A stretch of 55,508 bases of DNA, filler included, from Catajapyx aquilonaris (lineage: Eukaryota): the NCBI GenBank assembly GCA_000934665.2. It is 2 parts of 2 records of this genome, joined end to end, with 100 filler letters (N's around TTAATTAATTAA, not from the genome) between each part and the next. Parts side by side here need not be neighbours in the genome. Positions count along the whole stretch, not along the records: positions 27,826 to 55,508 come from KZ539268.1; 1 more part is not named here. One strand, given 5' to 3'. Positions 37,401-49,900 of the stretch are shown here, in pieces. Below the pieces are notes generated by a model that was not told the DNA's origin, ran no database searches, and saw nothing but the letters and a program-made list of their open reading frames with translations. Both the position numbers and the translations under genes were made by a program. Every line of letters starts with the position of its first letter. Positions within the stretch are counted from its first letter, which is position 1.

Positions 37401-40400
37401 CCTTTAGCCGGCCGTGTGGCCAGACCGAGAAGCCACCTTATTTACTCTCCTACATATAAAATGCACTTAACACCAAACGTCCTTGCCTAAATTAATATTA
37501 ATGATCTTGACCTTTGCTCCTTCGCGTTCGGTCGAGCCAAAACTACGATTCTTGCTAGTTGAGGGTGTGGTGGCTTGCCGGTCAAAACGTGCGGATCTCC
37601 GTTAAAAAATATAGAGGACGAGAGATTCTGCGGTGGGGAAGCATGGACGGAGAAAACCCACCTTACCTGTTCTCCTTTACAAAATGAATGAATGAACTAA
37701 TGAATAAGTTATTATACAGAGTCAAGGCGCAACTGCGGTCTAACCTTCTCCGGATAAGAATTCAGACCAAAAGCTAAACCGATTTCTTAAAAAATATCTG
37801 GTCTCAGCTATGGTGGTCTAGAAACGCAACTACCCTTCCTCCGAAATTATATGTTTTACGCGTATTATCGATCGGCTGAAATTTTGAGCGCAATATTTAT
37901 TGTAAAAACACAGTCCTTTCTCGCCAAAAAAACATATCGCCCGGGAATTGCAAACAGATGTCGTGCGACTGTTGTTTACATTATGGTTCTACCGTAAATA
38001 AGCAACCTTCCATAAGGGACAGGAACAAATTGGCCCTGTCAAAATAAACCTACCCTGCTTCTCGTACATATCCTTAAAAAACATTTCTGAAGCGATTGCC
38101 CATGTCTTTGGCCCATTCTTGGGCAGCAGCAGAACTCTTCCTTTCACAGTAGTTGCGAGAATGTTTACAGCCTCCCCTTACCAACCCCCCCCCCCCCGCN
38201 CCCCCCGACTCAAAAACACAGCCGCTTGATATCACATTAACGCGGGCGTTGACCCTTCCACCACCGCAAGGCACGTATTCATCTCTTTGGTCAAACCCTT
38301 GCTTTGGATACGTGTCAAAAATGTGGACTTACCAGTGATGGGCGACACCGACGCTCCGAGCCATCCATGGGAAGTCTCCAGCATTTTAGCCTGCGAAAAA
38401 CCAGAAACCAGATATACAAGGATGCCACTTTATTTCGGGCGCCGTCTTTCCACTTTTATGAGCGCACTCCCCTTCTGTAAACTCGCACGTGTGGGCAGCA
38501 TACCCCCTCCACTTTGGCTTACTTCTGGAGCACACACCCCCAACAAGTCATGAGAGGGTTATTCAAAATGGCCGCCATTTTGGCATTCCCTTTTCCCCCC
38601 ATATGTGCAACTTTTTTGACAACTGATGGGAGCAAGCAAGATGGTCTGCGCACTGCTATAGTGAGTGCGTGCACATTGAGAGGGGGTGGAGAGAGCTACA
38701 GGAACATGTGATGAGGGTGTAGTGTAGTGGGGGTATGTGCAGGGGGGGGGGGGGTCCGAAATTGGGTGCATGGGAGTGTGGTGGGGGAAGAGGGCGATCA
38801 ATGCCCTTCCTCACTGCCGACCAACATAACCTGGCACTCGGTCTGCTAACACGCAGCCCTAATTGAAACTAATCAACTGGGGAGCAGGCACATGCCCGCC
38901 ATCTTGTCCCAGCGCAATTCCGCCAATACGACACCCGATAAATCCGGATTTTTATTATGTTTTTCAGGGAGGAAGAGGGAACGTGGGGGGAAATGCAAAT
39001 TTTCATAAATATTTCCATCATCGCTGCAGGTGCCGTCTCCAGCAGCTTCCTGACAACTGGTGACCCGAGTGACACGAACAGGCTCATAATCAGTTATCAC
39101 AAAATAGATCACTGCATTTGAAAAAGGCACAAAAAATTCAAGAGGAACTGGACAATGGCAAAGCTTATGCAGGCCAGAATTAACACAAAGCAATAAGCCG
39201 ATTTTTCCCCCCTTCCAAAAGTGAACTAGGGTAGAATTTCTACGCTCGCTGCGGCGAACTTCACGCGTTGATTGGCAACTCTCATACATGCCAGCAATAA
39301 AACTATTCCTTTTATTGCCTAATGTGGTCGTGGCATTTATCACTGCGCGAGTTTTATGGAAGCGAAATCAGTTCAAGAACAAAAATATAATTGCCAAACG
39401 TAAAACTACAGGCCCAAGTGTTCTGAATAACCCAATATGTAGGTACATAATTCAAGTGCTCGTACACCCTGCGTACAGCAAATAAACAATGCAATGACTG
39501 ACATTTAAATTCAGTCTTGTCACACTTCTCCCAACCGTCCTCACCTACACACCCAGGAGTAAGTCGCTCCCCATGTACAGTACGCGCACTTCCACCCATT
39601 CTGCATAAAAAACCTAGTTCGGATTGAAAGAGACAGGGGCACCTTTTTATTTATTTTCCTTTTTTTTTCATCCCTTGAACAGCAAGTGTCGTTGACATGG
39701 AGACAAAACCACTCGAGTCGTGGGCAAGCGAAGAGGAGGGGACATAGGTGGTGGTGGTGAGGATGGGAAATTATTCACGTGTGGGAGTGTGTGTGTGCAT
39801 GTGTGTGGATTCTCTCCCTCCACGCCCCCCACTACCACACACTCCATTTCGGACAGTGCTTATTTATTCAGTGTGCCCTGCCTCCGACTAGACTCCCTTT
39901 AACCTCAACCATTCCCCTTTTGGAATTCATTTCATCACTTTCTATGCCTCCAGGCCCACCTCCTATTGCCGTCCACACTTTGTTCTGGATTCGGACAATT
40001 TTTCCGTGTCGCTATACCTTTCAGGACCAGTTCCCCACAACTTTTGTCTCTGCAATTCGGGTCGAACTACACTACCATATAACAGGTATCATATTATTCT
40101 CCGCCCCTCCGCAGTTAGAAAGTTTCATACTTTTCCACCCAGGTCGCAATGAAAAGAATTACGTAATTAGGATGCAGCAGCAATTTCCTCTCTGAATTTG
40201 AAATTAGTGCAAACTTTAATACCATCAATAATATTGACTATTAATAACGTTGTCCTAACTTCCGTACATTATGTGCAGAACTAATAACGAGATCAGAATA
40301 ATGTGGAAAGCCGCACGAACACACTTCTCCTATCATATACCTCCGAAACGAATTTTCCGGCGACATAATCCCATTGTAAATAAAGTACCGGTACATGACG

Positions 40401-43400
40401 TCACCAGAGTCTGCTGAGTAGACTAAGGTCAGACAGCTTTGCAACAGCACTCGTAGCTCTCAACCATGACAACACATTTCCTCATTCTCCTTCCTCTCTG
40501 CTAAAAACTGTGAAAGTTGTGCCATTTTCATCCAAATATGAACCCCTCAAGAAGCATGTCATAAAAGTCATATTTTGGCTCGCCTCTCATATAATGAACA
40601 CAAAAAACACATACAGGAACATAAGTTGACCATCCTGACATTGTGTCATACATGGCATGCAAAAGTGTCCTTGACTCTCAAGTCAAGTTTGGTGAGCAGG
40701 ACAGTTTGCCACTGTTCCATTTATCATATCAAGTGTCACCCTCTTTGCAAGGAGGAAGTGGCCTTAAAATTCTCATTCTCATGATAATTATCATTCTCTA
40801 AGTATCACTGTAATAAAAGTGTACCACTGATGTAAAATAGTCTGCAAATCCAAGTACACTTGGCAGCAGTGACTATGATAACGCATTGGATTCCGAACCA
40901 ATAGGCAAGCAGTAACCTGTAAAGTTGTTTCCTATTCACAGCTGCAGGCTGCCCTGATGCATTTGGCTAATCCAGTAGTAGTGGCCTCACACCATAACGT
41001 GCAAAGACATCATGTGAGAAACTGAGAACAAAGTGACTACAGAGAGGGTCCCTACACAGAGTTTAGATATGTGCCGCCAGAATATTGTGCACACTTCTGA
41101 CTCAATTTGATACCCATGCTCGAGACTCTTTCAGACTTAATGTGTGGCACAGGAAGTCATCTTGCCTTTCAGTCAGAGAGCTAACTTAATTCTGGAATAT
41201 GCAGAAGACTGCTACCAAAGTGAAACTGAACAGACTCTAGGGACATCCTCTATATGCCACTTCAAATCACACATATAAAGCACATATATCACATTCAATA
41301 TGCTGAAGTTTTTGTTTCATATGGAGCACAAAGCAAATCCTGATATTCCTCACATAGAGCCCCTTTAACGCTACTATGCAACATTATTCTGCATCACATT
41401 GCCTATAATTCACAAGTTCCCAGGAGTTTTTACAAGATTCATCCCCCATATCCTCATGGAATCCCACCATTTATGTCATGTCATTTGTTGGGGCAGGATG
41501 GTTTGTTTCACTATCTGCCACTTAAGTCTCCATATAATATCTTGTGGATGGTAACATACATCAGTGTCAAAACTCCTGTGACCCTGAGTGAAACATAATG
41601 TACACTTTTTCTCTCCAGTACAACAAAGTCGAGAGTGCATTACAGAAAAATATGGCACTGACCCTTTCTTCTTCCCGTATCATCTCTACAATTCCAGGCT
41701 TCAACTCCAAGTCGGATGGCTGTGGTGGGGCCTGCAGTGGAGGAGGCTGTCCCCCTGTTTGTGCAGGACCACCACCTCCCCGCTCTGCTGCCCCTTGGTG
41801 ATGAGGCCCATTTGGGGGTGGGTTTTGGCCCTGGGCAGGCTGTCCCTGAGACGTGCTGCCCCTGCTCTGGTCCACTCCAGAGGTTGCACAATTGGAGGTC
41901 GGAGTGGGGTGGGGAGGAGGTGGAGGCTGAGGAGACAGAGGGCAGATTGGTGGGGCCAGAGGCTGGGGAGGTGGTGAGTCAGATGGCGGTGAGGCAGATG
42001 AGGAGGAAGGGACACCTTGGGGCATGCCACCCATTGAGGTCACTACTCCCAAGCCTACACTCAGCTCAGCCTCCACCAGGTCAACAGGGGCGGTGGGAGG
42101 ACTGTCTGGCGGGCTGCCTCCCCCACAGCCTTCTTCCGAGGCCCTCCTTCGTCGCTTTCGTCCTGGTGGAGATGGGGTCGAGGAGCAGGCAAAGGACGGG
42201 GCCTGCTGCTGGCCCAATGATGATGACGATGATGCTGACACCAAGGCTGAACCCTAAGATGACAGGTTGGGGAATGTGATTCAACACATATCACCTCAGC
42301 AGTCAAATTAGTTTTACCAATGGCATGCACAGTATGATCCCAGACGTATACAATGATGATAATGTGCCTAGGCCCTAGGCCATGTACAGGCTGGTGTAAT
42401 TTAATATCCTTGGAAAGCACTGAAACCTTTCAATCCAGTGAGATGTCACTTTACAGTTTACACTATCTTATTAGATCATGTTCAATGACTTGTGCAGCTG
42501 CAGCTGATATGCAAGTGTCCATAACTCTTCACAACTCATCAAGTAGCACAGACTTTTATGAAGCCTACTGTATCAAATTCTTGTTGAAAATCTTTCAAGG
42601 AAGTCATGATCTGGACAAGTGCAACCATGTTAAGGTGGGCCCAGATGCAAAACAACTTATGTTTTACAACTCAATTACATCTGCATTGTTGTGATCACTG
42701 CTTACTACAATGCCTCCCCTTGCCTGGTCACATATGTCCAACACCACAGATGCTCCTAAATTATGGACTTGAGAACCCAAATTTGACCTCCCCCTTATCC
42801 TTATCCCAAGATACAATATATTCTACTGCCTTCTGGCAACCAATCATTTTTCTTCCAGAATAGCAACTACACCCTATCCAATACACATAATAAGCATAGA
42901 GTATACCTACCATTGTCAATCAGTGGCAGAATATCAGTAAGTTGCTACCTTTAACAATATAGGCATAATATCTGGTCCTGTTATTTACTATTATTAGTAC
43001 AGGATTGCATGCAAGCATGCCAATGTTCCCCATATATTTTACTGATCAGAATTTAGAAGTCTTCAAGATATGCCCATTTGATTACAAATCCATACTTCCG
43101 TTGTAAATAGGTTTTCTCTTCTGACATTATGAAACAAAATGACTACCCATACTATGGAATCATGACTTAACATGATTATTCCTATAGATTAGAACATGCT
43201 CAGTATCATGCACCTCACATCATTACAATGATATATAATCTCATAAGCAGACTTTATGCATTATTCTAATAAAAATCCCTCTCCATTATGAAGATTTGTT
43301 TCCTGCTATCAGAATATACAAAATGTGGCTAATTATATAATAGAGGTGATCCTTTCCTACATCCATAAAATATGGCACTAACTGCACCAGGTGTATAGTG

Positions 43401-46400
43401 TATTTCCGTAATGTACTTTCAAGCTCGAATCTCTATTCCAAGCAATTCACAGTTCCAAGTGAGAAAAATAATATAAAATTCACAGACACTGTCAATAGTT
43501 GGTGTGAGCAAAATTATGTAATACAGGGCTGAAAAGCTGCGTTACTTTTCATACTAAAATACTGCAGAGCTTCTGTTGAAACAGCAATCACAAAAAATCC
43601 CACTAATGTCAACAGACATCCGTACCACATTATCAAATGTGCAAACTATGTCCACGCAGTCACACTGCTTGAAAGGTTAATCAAAGAGAGCCCTCCACCT
43701 TTTCCCAGAATCCTTGCATTTCCATGCAATCCTGCTGGAGAGTTAATTACATGCCAGGGCAAATGTTTTGCATTAATTTGGACTTTCGCCCTTTGGCAAC
43801 TGAATCTCCCCATCAAAAGCAATTTTTTTTTCCTGACCCCCCACCATCCCCTCTAACCATCCCACCCCTCGCCACCTACAGTCCCCCCCTCCCCCTCTTG
43901 CTTTCTCAAAGGACCTCAATTGCTCATGCATGTGAAAATGGCAACACTGCTGGGATCTGGTCACCTGGCTTGCTATTATTTAAACTGCACCGGTGACCAC
44001 CATAAAATATGCAAATTAATGTCCAGTTACAACACACATGGCCAATGTGAACCCCATGATTTATTCATCCAGGTTACTTTACATTCTTATTGTGACGCTT
44101 CCGCTGTTTTAGTTTGTTTACTCTTTAATTGTGCGCCATTCCAGGGTAGCGCCTGAGGAATTATAGCAGGGACCCGACATAACAGAAACCCTGGGATAAA
44201 AAAATGACACATACTCGCACAAATGCTAAAATTGCTGGGAGAATGAATTCAGGACCAGATTTCCAGCTCAGTGTATGACATAGTGTGGATCCCAAATGTC
44301 CCACAAGCATCAAATTGCCCTGTTACAGATGACAACTGCTTTTTACCTAACCATATTATAAATGCTGTATTTATGATTTCATGCAGTAAAAATATCAAGC
44401 ATTTCTTTTCTTACACTTACACTTTGCTGTCACTAAACCTCTGCTGTTACAGATTGTTCGCACCCTTTGGTATCCTTTTGGTTACACACGCAATGAACAA
44501 TTTATAAAAATGATCCTAGCTCACATAATTCAAGTGTCCAACTTGTCAATGTGAATAAAGAGTACCGGCAAGTCCATTTAGTATTTTTAAATCACAATAA
44601 GTGTGATCATATTTTTTTCTTTCACAAAAGGTGACAACCAAATGTTGCACATAATTCAAATAGATTTACATTGCCATATCAATGTGCCATTTCATATTTT
44701 ATATAACTCAATCTAAAAGTACAGGAAATCCCAAATTGCAGGAAACCACACTAGAAACTTCACCTGTAAACAGAGCCACCCAGAGAAGCTATGTACTATC
44801 ATATTCCTATCAAGTTGTAGTACAACTGAAAAAATTCAGGGGAACCATATGTGACAACCTAACTTGGACATCCTGAAACTAGCCAAACTAAACAAGACAT
44901 ATGCCCCATATAGTGCATCCTACTCAACAATAATGTACAACTGCATGTTTTCAAAAAAGAAAACTGGTATTGCCTTAGTTATGGAAATCTTGACTGTCAC
45001 AGTAACTTTTACATTTAAGTGTATAATGTTTTGTGTGCCCCACATGTATAACCTCTGAACAAATCTTGACTAGTGGCCAGCATTGCAGCAAGGTCAATGA
45101 GAAGGAAAAACATTACTTTGAGTCAAATAAATCGACAACAAGTTAATTCCTAAATGCACTCCCCAAAGAAGCCAAAAAACACACACCAAGAGAAGTACAC
45201 TGATCTGCACTTACTATTTGCGTAGAATGATCATCGAGGAAGCATGCTGCTGGTATGATGGGCATGACCCCGTTGGTGCTGTTGCATGGGGCATGGTTGG
45301 GAGAGGTGGAAGATGGGACCGGGGAGGAGGAAGATGCAGGCTGGCCCTGGGATGACTGAGCCACTGTCTGCAGAGAAGGTGGGGCTACCAGGGTCTGCCC
45401 TACCCCGCTGGTGGATGGAGGAGGATGCTGTTGGATGGGGTTCCCACCGATGCCCACATCTGCCAGGCCTCGGATCTTGAGGGCCTCAGCTACCTTCAAG
45501 AGGGGGCCCAGCTGTTCCTGGGACACTGAGATCTCCCCCTTGTACACGAACTCGAGAACAGACTTCAGCTCTGACCATCCCACATCACGCAGGATCACAA
45601 TTGGATGCTGGCATGGGGTCTCTGTGAAGAGGGCCTGGCCAAAGAGAAGGGGAGATCCCTGGTTAATGTGTCCTTCTGGTTCTGGAACCTAACTATGCAT
45701 TTGATTCAGCTCAAGAGCATTCTACAGTATCCATGAGAAGTCATGTATTCTCATCTTTGAAAGCTGTAATAATATGAACCCTGTGGTTTTCAATAATCGG
45801 GCAGACAATTTAGTCCACAATTGCATCTATGATACATTATCAAAGAGCTATGAGAATGTTATCTTCTACCAAAACCAATGCGTAATGCAACACACCTCTC
45901 TTAACTGAATAAACTCGTGTTGTGACGGACATTACAAACCCCGCAATCCTAACTTCACAATATTACACATCATGTCTTTACACATTTTCCCACACCAATA
46001 TTGTATTACAGAACACAAATGTTGTAAAAACAACTTTAAAAACGGCAATGAAATGGCCCCAGAAAAACCATAATCCCAGAAATCTAATTAATATACTTTG
46101 TGAAATAATTGAGTTGCTCTTTGTAGTTATGATGCACCCCAATTTGATTTTCCTCTCTTGCTTTTGACAATGACAGTTTCATGACCGATGTGGTGAGCAT
46201 ATTAACAGATGCTCTAAAACTATTACTCATATGTTCAACCCTGCCGTTACCTGTGATTGCATCTGGGCCTAGGCCCATACTGGGTTTACCTTCCAATTTG
46301 CAAATATTCAGCACAAGCCATTTCTGCCCCTACCAACCTAACTTTTGGTACAATAATGTAATTTGCCATTCATAATATTAATATGAATGTAGAAGTTTGA

Positions 46401-46958
46401 AGCATTTACATGCACATTTGGCTAAAATTTACCGGGGAACTAGCTAACACATCATAATTCTGCCACTTAAATTAGTTCACAGCTAAATATTAAATATTAA
46501 ATGCTAAGTTCAGAATCATAAAAAATTATGCATCAGTATGCAAATGCATTACCATATTCAGAACGATGGCATCCATATTCAGCATGCCACGCATTGTGGA
46601 TACCGCTGCAGTTGCTTCCATTACATTTAAATCTAGCCAAAAATTTTAAAACAGCTCGCAAAGAAAGCTTACAAGTCACATGGCAGTTAAAAAAAATCGA
46701 GTAGCAATTACGACTTCAACGCCAGAATGCCACCCGAATGGGCGGTAAAAAAGAAAAAAAAAATCGAAGTCCGGATTCACTAACCTGGAAATAGGGGCTG
46801 CATGCGGCCAGAATGACCCGATGGGCCTTGACGGCGTGACCCTCACAGGCCAGGGTCACGTCCACCAGGGCTTCGTTCTGAAGCAGCTGGTCCAGCACCG
46901 TGGCCAGGTTGTTCTGGTAGTTGTTCCAGCGCAAGCAGTATTGCTGCTGCGCCGACAT
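28341..46958 (-). CDS. bab: bric-a-brac BTB/POZ-pipsqueak transcription factor, canonical BabCD isoform; complement join(46785..46958,45215..45634,41663..42253,38333..38390,29589..29867,28341..28495), 3' end uncertain
   Basis: Tramtrack-group BTB QQYCLRWNNYQNNL; bab linker KPGIVEMIREEERAKMLE; DSYQYQLQSMWQKCW; BabCD psq RERGPLKSWRPETMAEAI..YDIPYPTFVLYANRVHNMLGP; AT-hook RPKGRGRPQRILLG. All junctions GT-AG and in frame. Confidence 0.92.
29589..29867 (-). CDS. bab: bab module C exon 1: BabCD psq domain
   Basis: Phase-1 acceptor aagcag|, phase-1 donor |gtcagt, 279 nt; close match to the recalled Drosophila BabCD. Confidence 0.93.
34407..34876 (-). CDS. bab: bab alternative terminal exon B: psq HTH plus second, CENP-B-like HTH (isoform ~570 aa)
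   Basis: Long polypyrimidine tract and phase-1 acceptor gcggtag|; WSQDQLQEAMAAVVSQRMRFTQAASHYGIPKGTLYD then EEEEAVLDFC...GFRWWWAFCKKH; stop at 34407. Confidence 0.85.
36073..36569 (-). CDS. bab: bab alternative terminal exon A: single pipsqueak-type HTH, Gly/Arg and polyQ tail (isoform ~579 aa)
   Basis: Phase-1 acceptor gtttcag|; KWTQRDLLEAIQLVQRGSPIKPAAEKCRIPVMTLWRR fits HTH_psq; stop at 36073; minus-strand AATAAA at 35763-35768. Confidence 0.8.
38333..38390 (-). CDS. bab: bab coding exon 4, 58-nt last common exon (AKMLETSHGWLGASVSPIT)
   Basis: tttttcgcag| acceptor and |gtaagt donor; continues the conserved EEER-AKM motif and converts phase 0 to phase 1. Absent from the ORF track. Confidence 0.88.
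41663..42253 (-). CDS. bab: bab coding exon 3, Pro/Ser-rich linker with NLS-like RKRRRR
   Basis: atcttag| acceptor; ends DLELKPGIVEMIREEER|gtcagt; 591 nt, phase 0/0. Confidence 0.88.
45215..45634 (-). CDS. bab: bab coding exon 2, BTB C-terminal half
   Basis: ALFTETPCQHPIVILRDV..FVYKGEISV..LLKVAEALKIRGL; ggccag| acceptor, |gtaagt donor, 420 nt. Confidence 0.9.
46785..46958 (-). CDS. bab: bab coding exon 1, BTB N-terminal half
   Basis: MSAQQQYCLRWNN...AACSPYFQ|gttagt. An acceptor lies 9 nt upstream of the ATG (exon starts 46967), so a 5'UTR intron precedes it. Confidence 0.93.
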
Positions 46959-49900
46959 CTTGCCAGCCTGTCACAAAAAAAGAAACCACAATGTCCCACA
47001 TCAAACACACCTGTCTAGTTCGTGTTAATTAGACACCCCTCCCCCCTCCCCTCCAATTTCGCTCTAAACCTCCGATAAGAGACAGCCCGAGCTATAAAAA
47101 AAAAAAGGCGGCCCGGCTTTTTTGAAGCCCGTCCCGCACTCCACCAATCGTAAGAATGAACCTCCGATCCGGCCTGAGTAAGAATGAACGACCCACCTGG
47201 GTGGATGGCCGGGGGCCTCCGCTCCTAGTGTCACAACCTGCTCATGGGGCAGGTACAGGGTGTACGGGTGTGTGTGTGTGTAGGGGGTGTGAGAGAGTGG
47301 GTGGGATGGGTGAGGATAGGGCGGTGTGGGGGGGNGCCTCTCTCCAGCTGCCTTGCTCTCTCTGCACGGCACAACCAAGCCCCCCCCTCCTGCGCGCTCA
47401 TGATCGATTCCGCTCTATGCTCACACTAATTTATTTATATAAAATGTATATGGCGGAGGGGAGCGGTGCTGGTAGGGGTTGGTGGGTGGGCTGGGTGGAG
47501 GAAGGGAGAGATGGGAGGGGGGGGGGGTCGCCACCCCTTTCCCAACCCCCCCTCATCCCACCCACCCCATTATACATAATGCATGCCTTATTGATTTATT
47601 GATGGGGCGCCCCGCCTGCCAAAGGGGACGGGGCCCTTCCAAAAAATATATAACTTATATGTACATGCATAACAGATACGCTACATGTACTGTGACCTGC
47701 CCCCGGTGCCCTCTAGACTAATAGCCCGGACTCGACCGCGCCAGTGCTGGGGAATACCTAACTACACTTGAAATTAGCATTACATGCACTAACTCCGCAA
47801 TATCCAATTATACTGATTTGCAACTCTACAAACATTAAATACCAGAAAGCTTTTTACATAATCAACTAGCTTCCAGGCACATACACATCGGCGGGGGAAA
47901 AATGTACTTTATAGCTGCCGCTTCCACCTGGCAACTTTGGAGGGTAGAGGGGGGGAAAAAATGCTCGTGATGCAAATTAGGAAAACGGCGAAACATTTGC
48001 CGCCTTTTGATTCACACCATGCTTTTCATACAGCCCGTCGGTGTAAACCACCCAAAACTAGCTCAAACCCATCGCACCTGATAGTTAATTCATGCCGAAG
48101 TAGATCCTGTGTCCCATTCCGATAAGACAGGTGTATAGAAGACACGGATAGATCGCTATACAGTGTGCTTCTCTCGTCTACTTTGTATACAGTAATCCCA
48201 CAAGAGGGGGTATAGAGGGGGTGGCAGGGGGCTTCCAAATCGATGTGAATAGAGACGCAGTGCTAAATGTTACACGACTTCGATCCGCGCAAACTAAACC
48301 AGAAAATCATGACTTGTGCAACAACCTCCATTTCCCCGTTATTTGGCTTTGGAAATGACCGCGCTCGGCTCAAATATGTAGCTGAACTTTTTTTCCCCTC
48401 TCCCGGGACACATCTTTTCTATATTTTATTAATAAACGCCACTCTAGCTAATTAAGTCATGTGTACTGCTATTCCGTTTGTGCATTTAAAAGGTCAAAAG
48501 AGAGGATCCATTTTTAAAGGTCAGTCAATCTACATTTGACACACCCCACCGGCCGTGTGTCAGCGCACTTTGAACGGTGCTCTGCAACAATGCTGTAAGT
48601 GACATCTGCGAGTTTCCCCATGGGTATGGGCATGCTCATGTTAAGTTAAACGTAGGTAAAGATACATCTAGCTTTTGCGCACTACAATAACATGTTATGA
48701 AGTGCGGTATCGCAGTAACCTATCTGGCTTGCAGAATTATAGTCGGTAGTTCTACGGCTCAGAACTTGCCTCGTAAAATATCCTAGCGCAGTATCATACC
48801 TGCCATATTTATTCTTAAATTTTACATACTCCCACTGCAGCTGCCGGATAATAACGTTACATGCTCTCGCATGATACACCGCATTTACGCAGTCCGTGTT
48901 TCGGCAAATGACATACATAACATATCAAAAAGCTACATGGCAAATCGTTAAACGCCTCCAAAAATTACATGAAGCACTGCACTGTACATGACACGCTCAG
49001 TGCAGCCGCACCTGCATTTTTGATGCACCTACACCTCGTCTTATTAATATTCTCACGGGAGGGACGCAGTACATCCTGGGCTGGAAATTCCAAGATCTTT
49101 GCACCCGCGGCCTAAACGCACGAATATCCTAGCTACATCATATCATATTTTGATGAAAAACCCAAATCCCCCCTTGCAAAACGGGGTTACACCCGATGAC
49201 GTCACCTGTACTGTCCAAGTCTCATTAATTCGCTCCACCCACCAACCACCCCCTCTCCCCACCGCAAGGGTCTCCCAGACTCCCAAGGACCAAGCTTGAT
49301 ATCGATTCTGAGCGTTTCCACCTTTTGCACATAGTTACAGCACACCAATCATGGGTCCCAACAAGCAAGGTCACCCCATCGTTATATATACGTTTCTTAC
49401 AAACAACAATTAAACAGGCTGTAAATGGTCGGGAGGGGAAAGGGGGGGCAGGGAAGAAGGAAAACAAAACAAAAAAAAAAATCCAGCCTATACGGGTCAT
49501 TCTACTCTCGGGCCGAGTTCTTTCATAACGCTCAGGTCTCATCGATTCGGAGTCCATACAACAGCAAAACCCTGTTCAAATAAACACACGCATGTCTTTA
49601 TTTAGCCGCCTTGTTACGTGCAATTCCGGGTCCTATTTGCCAAGGGAGCAAATACACTTTTTGGTGCATACCAAAATCACGTGTACGCCTCTCAGATAGC
49701 TGTTCTCATGAGGCGATTTACCACTGATCGATTCTGTCATGCTGCCTTCAGGAAATCAAACACAACTAAATCACCGCATATGTAAGACAAACGTGTGTAG
49801 CACATAACACAGGATGTATTTCACTTATCGGACCCTCAATGATGCGCATGCGGTCATGCATGGGAACAACGGATTCTGACGAATGCAGCGCATTAAAATA

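Noticed and set aside
41588..42420. Multiple plus-strand and alternative-frame ORFs
   Set aside because: Shadow ORFs of the GC-rich bab exon 3.
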